In this document: piece after piece, positions 52,343 to 62,866 of the stretch
Numbering within the stretch: the first letter of the stretch is position 1
Layout: each line of letters starts with the position of its first letter
Assembly (NCBI GenBank): GCA_043228905.1
Contig: JBHGNT010000003.1
Location: 6,572,001-6,636,000 of the forward strand
Length of the DNA stretch: 64,000 nucleotides
Reading direction: 5' to 3'
From: Azolla caroliniana
Lineage: Eukaryota > Plantae > Polypodiophyta
Position numbers and translations under genes: made by a program
Notes under the pieces: generated by a model
The model's database searches: none
What the model was told of the DNA's origin: nothing
The model's input: the letters and a program-made list of their open reading frames with translations, nothing else

Positions 52343-53170
52343 TGTCGTGCCTCTCGGCGCCAAATCGTTACGTGAGTCGGGTGGGAACCGTTGGGGTTTT
52401 GGACTAGGAGAAAGGAGATCGTGAGATAGAGATCAATTATGAGTAGATAGCAAAGAGAAACATAAGAAACTCGTGAATCACACGAGTATACTATATTAAT
52501 TGGTACTTAGGTTGTTAAGAGAGAAGTAGATGCATAAATCGTGAATCCCACGAATAATTTTTATATTGATCAATACTTAATCCAAAATAACCAACCCTTA
52601 TACATCTTTCTCTCCTCCTTATATAAGGACGGGGGAGGCTAAGCATAGCTTCTTGCTTTTCTAAAGTGTTCATGCCCTCTAAATGTGCATGCTTTACTTT
52701 TCCCACTACGATTTCCTAAATTTAGCATTCATGCCCGCTAGATGTGCATGCGTAATTTTATTAGTGTACATATAAAGTTTTCACGCATTCTAAAAATGCA
52801 TGACTTACCCTTTAATAAAGGTAGGCGAAAATAAAGGTTCTATACGTATTAAATCTATATTTGAAACACTCAGAATAAGTTAGTATAATGGTAAGGCTAG
52901 AGTTTGTCTGCCTGGAGGTGTAGGGTTTGAATCCTGCCCTATGCATGTAACAAAAATTTTAATGTTTCTTTTATTTACAATTGTGTCTCTTCATCCCGTA
53001 AGAGACTCTCACTGGCCTTCTTCATCCGGCTCTTCCTTATCGATTCCTCCTTGCCGGTTTGCCGATTCCTCCTTGTTGGTTCCTCTTCGTCCTGTTCTCA
53101 CCGGGTATTTCATTCTCTATCCGGATGGACAAAATGCAATTTCCTCGTAGTGTGTAAATTACACTATGCA
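52343..53170 (-). repeat. 3' LTR of element B
   Basis: Direct repeat of 59629-60435 (offset 7286) with few substitutions and one ~22-bp indel. Confidence 0.95.
52873..52945 (+). other. tRNA-like / Pol III A-box-B-box module in U3 of element B LTR (second copy 60159-60231)
   Basis: TAGTATAATGG (A box) ... GGTTTGAATCC (B box) at tRNA-like spacing; partial acceptor and T stems. Confidence 0.55.
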
Positions 53171-56100
53171 ACTCACCCCCTCTAAACCCGCACATCCTCC
53201 GGTATGTGCCGAAGTTCCCGATGTTCTATATTCGCCTCCATCTATATCGCTCTCCGAATCTTCCCTTATGTCAACTACGAGTTGAAGTCCACTTTCTTCG
53301 TTATCCGCATCACGGCGATCTTTGTTCGGTTGCTCCTCATTGTCGGTCTCGTCTATGGCTACATAAGATTCGTTGTTAGTCCGCTTCTTGAAGATCTTCA
53401 CCCGTTTCCCTGCTATAGACACTCGTAGTATCGTTCCATCCAACTCACTTAGTCAGTAAGTTCCGTTGTCGAAAACTTTCCAAACCTCATATGGGCCGAA
53501 CCACCTTTTTGTGAGCTTCCATACCGTTGTATGTTGATGATCCAAACTACTGTCATAGACAATCACCCAATCTCCTTCTTCAATCTTCCGTGGTCGTAGT
53601 CGGTGCTTGGTGTTGAACCGGCTTTTGTTCCGGAGTCACGCTTCTTGTTGTCGGCGTGACGCTTCCGCTACATCTTCCGGTCTTCCCTCCAGTTGTCGTA
53701 TCCGGACCGCTAGTAGTTCTTCCCGGGTCATCTCTTCCTTCCACGATAGCATTGTCCATGTCGCGATTGTGGTTTCCGTTGGCATTACCGGTGCTTGTCC
53801 GATCATAAGTTCTGCCGGCATATAACCGGTTACGGAGCTATGCGTCGTCCGATCTGCCCATAGTGCATACGGGAGCATCTACAGCCAATCTATCACCCTT
53901 CTGTCGCATGCTTTGGCAAGTGCTTTGACGATCGGACTATGTCCTCGCTTGACCTTCCCGTTGGCTTTTGGATTGTATGTCGTTGTTAGTGTTAACCGAA
54001 CTCCATGTTTGGCGAAGAATCCCCTAGCTTTATCAGAGTCAAGTTCTCCCTGATCTGCAATCACTTGTCCTACGCACCCGTACCTACAAAACACTTCTTC
54101 CAAAAGAAATTGACATACCGCAAAACACGTTTTTCTTCGTAGCGCCCGACCTTCTACTTGATTTGTGAGATCTTCCCGAGCTAACACCAAGTACTTCTTT
54201 TGTCCGATCCCGGTTGGCATGGCTACAATGTCGACCATCCATTTGAAGTTTATTGTCGGTGAGAATGTCGGATGTAACTCATCTCGGTGTCGAACTCCAG
54301 AGTAGATTTGACACTTCTCGCAGCTTTCCGTGAACTCCGCGACATCTTTGTACATATTCTTCCACTAATATCTTTGCTTGATCTTCCCAAATGTTGCCCA
54401 TGTTCCCCGATGTCCAGCCCAATCAGATTCGTGAAATTCGGATATTACCTGGTTTCGTTGCTCTTTTGTCCCGACTACTCGAAGTGGTATGCCACCCGGT
54501 CTTTTCGGCTCCCTCCATAAAAATCCATTTTTCAAGAAGAACTTTCGGACTTGCCATTTCTTACTTCGGATCTCGACTCTCTTCTCTTTATTGTCCGATG
54601 ATTCCTTGATTTCTCGTAGCATTTTCCCGATCAACAAGCTTTCTCCCTCATATTCTTCTTCCCGGAATTATTGTATTATGTCCACCCGACATATGTGCTC
54701 CAAAGCAAAGTAGTCTTTGGAAACTTCTTCATTATCGGATTTGCTTATGTCATCTCCGAACCGTGCCCTTGATAGCATATCCGCTACAGCGTTGTCTCTT
54801 CCGGAGATGTGTCTTACCTCCGGATTAAGTGACTTAACATATGCAATCCATCTTAGCATAGCCACATCCGGTATCGTGCAACACCGCATCATCGCGAGTA
54901 TCGGAAGACAATCCGTTTCGATCACTACTTCGGCTCTGATCAAGTAATCTCAATCCGATTTGATTGCCGACACGACTCCCCATAATTCTCTTTTAACTTG
55001 TGCATATCCACGTTGCCTTTCGTTGAGAACCTTTGCTCTGAATCGGATCGGATATCGCGAACCTTCCAAATCGGCTTGATTGATGACCCATCCGATTCTG
55101 GTTGGACTTGTGTCAACTGTTACTATGATCGGTTGGTCATAGTTTGGCTTCTTTAGTGCTTCTGCCCTCCGCAGTGATTTCTTGAGCTTCTTCACGACTT
55201 TGGTATGCTCCAGTTTCCATTCAAACTTTTTGCCCTTCTGCAAAAAGTGATAGAGTGGGTCCGCTATATGTGCATAGTGCGGAATCCATATGTGGTAGAA
55301 TGCACATGCTCCAAGAAACCTTCGAACTTCGGATTGTGACTCACATACTTCTTTCATAGCTTGAATCGCATCAATCTTGGTTGGTGACGGTCTTCGGCCG
55401 TAGGGCCCACATAGATGTCCGACTACCAATATTTCTTCTTGTCCGAATGTCGATTTCTCTCCGGAAAGTGTTAGATGCACATCTTCTAACTTCCGTAACA
55501 CTTTCTCACAATCCCGAATATGGTTGACTACAAACCTTCGGCATCCCCGTTCATCCATAGCTTCATCTTTTTCTTCCACCGCACACCCTTTCATCGGAAT
55601 GTCATCTAGGAACGACATCGTTATCTCCGGTATGCAATCCCCTAGCACCTTGTTCATCGCATTCACCATATGTGCGACTGAGTTCGTCGTGCCTTGTGGT
55701 AGCGTACACATCCGGACTAATCCTATCGGTGTCCACATGGTAGTGATGTCTCAGCTCTTCACAGCTAGTTGGAATTGGTCATATCCGGAGTATAGGTCTC
55801 CAATGGAGTATATCGCGCGACCGGCAAATGCTTCCGCAAATTCGTCCACTATTGGACCGACTCTGGAGTTCCGGATCATGATGTTGTTCACCGGTTGCAA
55901 ATCTTGAATAAATCAGAGTGACCCATTCTTCTTCGGAACCGTAAACCATCGATTTGAGTACGGAGCATTTGATGGCTCTAGAATCCCCATCGCCACCTTC
56001 TCCTTGAGCAAGTCGATGATTTTCGGAATATGCGCCCGTGGCACCAGAATCGGCTTCAGGTTCCACGGCACTTGGTCAATCGTGAAGATCACCATCGGCT

Positions 56101-56706
56101 CCACTATCTTCGGATCAGCGCATCCTATTTCTTTCGATGTAAATGCAAATGCTCTCCCATGTCGCTCTAGCATCCCAAGGAATCGTTCTTCTTCATTCTT
56201 TAATAGGAACCCACCTCCACCGATCCGAAGTTTCTTCCGGGTCTCATCCGTGAAGGCATGTCTGATATCCATGGACTTCCGAAGTGTCGGATCCCCCGAG
56301 ACTTCTTTCCTCTTTTGTTCGCTATCTACGGGTAACGGTCCCGCGGCCGGTTTCACTTTCTTCTCCACGGTCTTGTATTTCGTACTTACCATTGCTTCTT
56401 CTTTGCGGAGCGCATCCGGCCCCATTTTCATAATGATCTCGTACATCTCGACCGACTCCACCGGAATTACCCGGTTTCCCTGGCTTGTATCTTCCGCGAG
56501 CTCTTCAAGCCGTTGTAGTGTGCTCCCATAGAACACTTCTTCGACTATTCCCACGATTTCTTCGTCTTCTTTTATTATTGATGCCGACCGTAACTTATCC
56601 TCCACTTTTCGGTATTCTTTCTTCATTCCTCCGGTTACGGCCATGTACGTGTATGCCCCATCCGGACCGATTCGTACTTGTTTTGCTCCGAGAGTCTTCT
56701 TCCTAT

Positions 56707-56770
56707 GTGGGGTATCAGGGCTTCTCGGACTATCACTTCCCCACTCCGCAACAATCCGATCTAAAAATCC
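56707..56770 (-). promoter_or_regulatory. Putative -1 ribosomal frameshift signal of element B (slippery GGATTTT + pseudoknot)
   Basis: gag-PR ends ...MDF-TAG. The -1 frame is open (FLDRIVAEWGSDSP...) into pol. Stem TCGGATTGTTGC/GTGATAGTCCGA; loop GTGGGG pairs with downstream CCCCAC. Confidence 0.75.
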
Positions 56771-57898
56771 ATCTTCGTTTGGGACAAGAGCTCCCTCTTG
56801 TTCCTTTCATGATTTGCTGGCACCGTTAGGAATTGGACGGATTTCCCTCCGTTTTGGCTCTGAATTCGCGCAAAAGCCGCACCGCAATCGAGCACCTTCG
56901 TCTCCATCCGTGATGCCGTGATAAAGGGTTGCCCGAGGATCATGGAGTGTGAGACCTCATCTTGCACGAAGAAATTTTGGTCTATCTCCACATCCCCGAT
57001 CTTCACCATCACATCCGGACAAGCCGCAAATAGTTCTTTCGTTGCTGCCCAGATCTTCCACCCATGATTCGTGTTAATAGGCCACTTACCCTTCCGGGAG
57101 AACTCCTTGGACATCAAGTTGATCTCCGATCCGTGATCAATCAAGGCTAGCACGGGTTCTTTGATGTTACCGATTCGGACCGGAGTCTTCGTAGTTGCGC
57201 GTGCCCAGTGTGGCTTTGTGTAGTGAGAATTCGGTATTTCGTCCTCCAATTCGGTGTCATTCATTAGAATGGTATTTGCATTCACCCTTGGAGCGTTCTC
57301 CTCCGTACTTTGCCTTTTTCTCTTCACGAGATCCACAAGGAGATCGTGGAACTCCTTCGCTATTCCGAGTAATTCCCGAAGCAAAAAATCTACCCAGCTA
57401 TCAAGGATTCTCTCCTCAAACACTTTTTTCAAGTCCGTTTGTTGTTCGATGTCCGAGGCGAGCTTGAATGCCGGAATCATCTTTTCTTTTCCCTTACCTC
57501 CGGAGTTCCAGCTTTCCGGTGTCTTCGATGGACCGGCTGCCTTATTCGTGCGCCATCGCTTCTCATCTACATACACTTCATGCAATTGGCATAAAGCAAA
57601 CACGCTATTCTTATCCACGGGGCACTCCCATCCAGTAGCTTTACAGAGGCCTTCCGTAGTGCTTCGGATCTCATTAGAGTCGGTTTTCTTGGGGTTTTCT
57701 AGCATATCCGGCCAAAAAGACGCCTTTGCTCCCGACGACTCACCCACACTTATTCCCGCGGTTGTCGCATAATTACCTTTTGCCGCTATTTCCTCCTCTA
57801 GAACCTTCTTCATGCCGCCTTTCCGGAAGTTTGGTCGGAGTGGCTTCCGAGAGTCCATCAAATGAATCTGATTTCCCTCATAGTAGATAAGATCCCGT

Positions 57899-58690
57899 TG
57901 TCGAGATATTACGCAAGTGCGTGTGGAAACGAGGCGGGACCGCGGGGGTCTCGAACCAAAGAGCAAGCGAGGGAGGAGAAAGAGAGAGAACCTGCTACGC
58001 AGGACCGGGGATACACAGGGACACGGCCCTTCAGCACGGAGAACGCGAACAGACACTGACACAGACAGATGCGAATGACTAAATATGTATATTAACAAAA
58101 TGGCTAACACGACTACAACCCTCGATGGGGCACAGGTTGGCTACAACCGAACAGGCCGGCGAACAGATGTCGATGCTTGTTCGCTTCGACGCACAAAGGG
58201 GGAGCAGGTCGGAGGTGCTGCCGGAAGCACTCGGGCGTTCCTCGAAACAGCGCGAGCCTCCTCGGAACCCTGCACAGAAAAGCTATGGAGCTCAAGAAGG
58301 AATGAAACAGAGAGAGAAGCGTCCAGAAACGGTCCAGCAGCACTTCGTCCTCTCTGCGCGAGATGCCTACAACAGCTCTTTCCTGCTCCTTATATAGGCC
58401 GACGAGCAGGCCGTCATGTCAGCTTTATTCCCTGTCCCTTTTGGACAGGGATCCGCCCCGTTCTTCACGCATCCGCGTAGTTACACCGCCGACTCGTACA
58501 GTTCCTTAGCTCGCGCGCGCGACCGAAAAGACTGTTCGCGCGGTCTTTGTCTCCACTTGTGTTAGGGCCCGTTCCTGCCGATTATCCTCCTAATTCGCTT
58601 CTATGTACAACTTGGAGCGTGCGCGCGTGAAGAACCGGTTCCCACGCCTTGGTGCGCCGATTCCGCCTATGGACGGTTTTCTTCACGACA
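57899..58690 (-). mobile_element. Solo LTR of an element-A-related family, inserted in the gag of element B
   Basis: 4-bp TSD CCGT (57895-57898, 58691-58694). Both ends align with the reverse complement of the A LTR ends (tgtcg..ttacgca..gtgcgtg..gaacgaggcgggacc; ggacggttttcttcacgaca). Confidence 0.9.
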
Positions 58691-59606
58691 CCGTCATAAC
58701 ACCTCCTTGTGCTCGTCGCAATCCCTCCGATCGTGTTCGGTGCTATCACACCATATACATCGACGGTCCATATACTTGGAGTTTGTGGGACGGTCTCCCA
58801 ACTTCTTCACCATCGCAATTTTCAGATTCTCCATATCTTTCAGCAACTGCTCCACCGTGGTTGCGTCAATCCCCTTCTCGGTCGTAGTCTCTCGAGCCCG
58901 CAGTTGATGGTCCTTCACTCCGGATCTCGGTTTCGGAATCGGTTCTGAAACCCTCTTCTCTTCGTTAGCAAGACATTGCCCCCTCTTCGTGTATCACACG
59001 ACGATATCCCCCACGCTTTCCAATATTTCGGTGAGGCCGCTTTCGGTAGTCATGTCCTCTAGAAGCACTCCAAGATCCTTCCGGTCTCAGACGTCTACGG
59101 CTCGTAAGAACATGATAACTTTGTCCGGTGCGAGGATAGCTTGATCTCTCGCATACAACCCCCCGAACCGACTTTCGAATGACGAAAACACTTCCGAATC
59201 GAGGACCTTCAGCCCCTTACCTGGCGTTTCCACCCAATCTTCGAATCCCCTCCGCGTTGCTTTGGAGGAGTCCTCGATGGCGAACGTGGTCTTTAACGCT
59301 TCTTCAAATGCTTCCCACGTCGGATTTTGTTGTTGTAACCCGTGGATACTCCCTTGAAGCTCGTCAGTCGCCACCCAGTTGAAGGATGTCACTTGCAGTC
59401 CTTCCGAAATCCGGCACCGGAGCATCTCTGCCTTGTAGTCCTGCAAATATCGCGACACATCCTTACCATTGAATTGCTCGTTGCGTTGCACGAGCCACTC
59501 TACTACTGCTCAAATCTCCGACATCGCGCGTTGTTCTTGTAGCATCCACTCAAACATCGCCATCATATTGTTAGCTTGTTGATTCTCCATCTCCTTGCCA
59601 CCCGTC

Positions 59607-59624
59607 TTCACGTCGGGTTCACCA
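59607..59624 (-). promoter_or_regulatory. Primer-binding site, tRNA-Trp (element B)
   Basis: Minus strand TGGTGAACCCGACGTGAA, 4 nt after the 5' LTR. Confidence 0.9.
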
Positions 59625-59628
59625 CTTG

Positions 59629-60435
59629 TGTCGTGCCTCTCGGCGCCAGATCGTTACGTGAGTCGGGTGGGAACCGCTGGGGTTTTGGACTAGGAGAAAG
59701 GAGATCGTGAGATAGAGATCAATTATGAGTAGATAGCAAAGAGAAAGATAAGAAACTCGTGAATCACACGAGTATACTATATTAATTGGTACTTAGGTTC
59801 TTAAGACAGAAGTAGATGCATAAATCGTGAATCCCACGAATAATTTTTATATTGATCAATACTTAATCCAAAATAACCAACCCTTATACATCTTTCTCTC
59901 CTCCTTATATAAGGATGGGAGAGGCTAAGCATAGCTTCTTGCTTTTCTAAAGTGTTCATGCCCTCTAAATGTGCATGCTTTACTTTTCCCACTACGATTT
60001 CCTAAATTTAGCATTCATGCCCGCTAGATGTGCATGCGCAATTTTATTAGTGTACATATAAAGTTTTCACGCATTCTAAAAATGCATGACTTACCTTTTA
60101 ATAAAGGTAGGCGAAAATAAAGGTTTTATACGTATTAAATCTATATTTGAAACACTCAGAATAAGTTAGTATAATGGTAAGGCTAGAGTTTGTCTGCCTG
60201 GAGGTGTAGGGTTTGAATCCTGCCCTATGCACGTAACAAAAATTTTAATGTTTCTTTTATTTACAATTGTGTCTCTTCATCTCGTAAGAGACTCTCACCG
60301 TCCTTCTTCATCCGGCTCTTCCTTGCCGATTCCTCCTTGACGGTTCCTCTTCGTCCTATTCTCACCGGGTATTTCATTCTCTATCCGGATGGACAAAATG
60401 CAATTTCCTCGTAGTGTGTAAATTACACTACGACA
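59629..60435 (-). repeat. 5' LTR of element B
   Basis: TGTCGT...ACGACA termini; followed by the TSD ACGT. Confidence 0.95.
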
Positions 60436-60633
60436 ACGTGTTCATATACTCGGGCTTCGAGTAGTCTCGTTTCGCTGTGTTGTCGAACTGTGATTCCTGT
60501 GTGCTCCCGTGTCTATGCGTGTGCAAGTGCGTCTGTTGCCTTTCCGCTCTCTTCCTTCTCATCTATTTCTCGGTCCAAGACCCCGGTGGTCCCGCCTCGT
60601 TCCCCACGCACGTGCGTAACAATGCGACATCTT

Positions 60634-60651
60634 TGGTGAACCCGACGTGAA
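60634..60651 (+). promoter_or_regulatory. Primer-binding site, tRNA-Trp (element A)
   Basis: TGGTGAACCCGACGTGAA, 4 nt after the LTR end at 60629. Confidence 0.9.
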
Positions 60652-62800
60652 TAGGCGGCAGAGGAATAGAAAGATGAGGGGGTTGGATCTCGTGGAAGCC
60701 ATGGCTTCGGCTGTGGATCGGATAGTGAGTGCGCGTGAAGGCGCAGACACCCTCGATAGGGCTATTGAAGCGGTCGTCAGCACGATAGGCCGGTTCGGTG
60801 GGAAGGACGCCACGAGCTATTTGGAGGCCTACCGGGCCGAGTGGGTAATGAGAGACATTCCAGAAGAAAGGCGACTGACCGAATTCCCTCGGGTGGCGAT
60901 GTCGGGCATCCATGCGGAGGTGCTCGAGGTACAGGCTGAGAGCCGGACCTGGGAAGAGTTTGAAGTTCGGCTCCTCGAAAAATACGGGCTTGATGACGCG
61001 CTCCGGCTCTCGAAACGGGACTTCATGGAATGGGTAGAGACCCCCGAAAAGGGGAGAAACGCGTTGGTGCTCCTCTGGGAGTTTGAAGAACGCTTCGCGC
61101 GACTTTCGACGCTCAACCGGACCGTACTAGACACAAGTCGTGTCCTACTGTTCGTTAAGTCGGTGGATGCGAGGGACCGGGAGCAAGTGGGTCTCTTGTT
61201 GGAGACTGATGATGGGCTGACGGTCAACTGGGCCGGGGTGAAGAGGGTATGTGGACGTTTCGACAAACAGCGAGAGTGGGTCGATAAAGGATCAACAGGG
61301 GCGGGCTTTGTAGCAGCAAGGAAACTCAAGCCGACCCCACCAGCGCAAAGGGAAGAGACCCGAGACTGGCTCGAGACCGGATCGACTTCGACCGGCATGG
61401 TCAAATGTTCGTCCGGAGGAGCAGCTCTAGAGGAGCTGACTAGGATGGTAAAGGACCTCCAGATTGCGCAGGCACGGAGGGACGGCGACGAACAGGCCCG
61501 TGACCGAAGGCCTTTGGCTGGAAACCGGTGTTTGTGGTGCGACGCGGTCGGCCACGTCCGGAAGGACTGCGGGGACTTCGCCGAGGCAATGAGAGCCAAC
61601 GTGGTGTACCTATGGAATGGTCGGGTGCACGCTAGCGAGACCCGAAGGGCCTTGGACCTGAATGTCGGACGAGGGGGTATGAAACGGCTGATGGAAGAAG
61701 CGGTGGCTCGCCACGCGGAGACCGTCCACTACTCGGCGTCGGTTGGGATCCAGGTCGGAGGTGGTGAGGCCCGGAAGACGAACGAAGCCAGATTCTGGCC
61801 GTTGATGCTGGAAGGCCTCGTCGGTGCACGGCTAAGGAAAGAAGAAGCGGACCGCGCGGAAAAACGGGTCCGGGAGGTAACCGGGTGGAGCGACCCGATC
61901 GAAGAGAAGACGGGCTTCGTTGAAGCCGCATGCCAGAACTACGAGGCTCTAGTGGAAGACAAGCGAGCAAGTAAAACCGGAGGGGCCAGGCCCTCACAAC
62001 GGTACAAGACCCGATTCGGTCAAAGGCAGAATGAGGACGGTGCGACCGGTGCACTGAATAAAGCCAAGAAGGCCAGATACCGGTTGAGCACGGAAATCGA
62101 AAGGACCACAGACCTATGAAAGGTCCTGGAGGAACGTATCCTCAACAGCAAAGTGGAGTTGTCGCTGAGGGAAGACCTCGGGATCGCCAAGAAGGAGTTC
62201 CACGACTCCATCGTAGACTTGGTGAAGAGGAAGAGGTTGTCGACAGAGCCAGAGCCGGAGAAGCCGGTAGAAGTGCGAACGACGCACATAGAAGACATGG
62301 CGCTAGAAGACGAGTTGGCGGAGAGCCACTATTCGAGGCCGCACTAGGCCAGAGCGACCACGGAGACCCCTATTAAGATCGGGGATGTCCAGGAGTCGGT
62401 GGTGGCATTGGTGGACCACAGTTCAGAAATCAACTTGATGTCCATGGACTTCTACAAAAAGGGGAAATGGCCGATCAACACCAAACACGGATGGAAAATA
62501 CAGGCCGATCAACACCAAACACCAAACACGGCTAGAACTACATGGAGCTTGCCCGAACGTACAGGTGAAAATCGGCGATGTCGAGATCGACCAGCACTTC
62601 TTCATGCAGGAGACGTCCTCACATCCGGTTATACTAGGAGAACCATACATCACGGCGGCACGGATGGAGACCAAGGTGTTGGACAACGGTTCGGCCTATG
62701 CAAGAGTCAAGGGCCAGGACGGCTGTCACTCGGTCCAGTTCCTGACGGTGCGACCAAACCATGAGCGTAACCGCGAGACCCTCGGTGGCGAAACCCGAGG

Positions 62801-62866
62801 GGATTTTTAGAGAGGGCTATCAAGGCGTGGGGCCGCGATAGTCCGAACACCCCAGAAAAAACCCAC
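62801..62866 (+). promoter_or_regulatory. Putative -1 ribosomal frameshift signal of element A (slippery GGATTTT + pseudoknot)
   Basis: gag-PR ends ...GDF-TAG (62810). The -1 frame is open (FLERAIKAWGRDSP...) through RT. Stem GGGCTATC (62814-62821)/GATAGTCC (62837-62844); loop GTGGGG can pair with CCCCA (62850-62854) or CCCAC (62862-62866). Confidence 0.75.

Larger units (their letters stand above)
52343..60435 (-). mobile_element. Full-length tRNA-Trp-primed Ty3/Gypsy element B, inserted in the LTR of A
   Basis: 4-bp TSD ACGT (52339-52342, 60436-60439). LTRs 52343-53170 and 59629-60435; PBS 59607-59624; PPT ~53171-53186. gag (CIWCDSTEHDRRDC), protease LIDHGSEINLMS, RT FLDDIP, RNase H VTVDTS, integrase HHCC and core. 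No chromodomain. Confidence 0.96.

Noticed and set aside
56761-58110. 449-aa ORF with hydrophobic N-terminus as an env-like or extra gene
   Set aside because: The first ~70 codons come from the inserted solo LTR; the rest is ordinary gag C-terminus plus protease of element B
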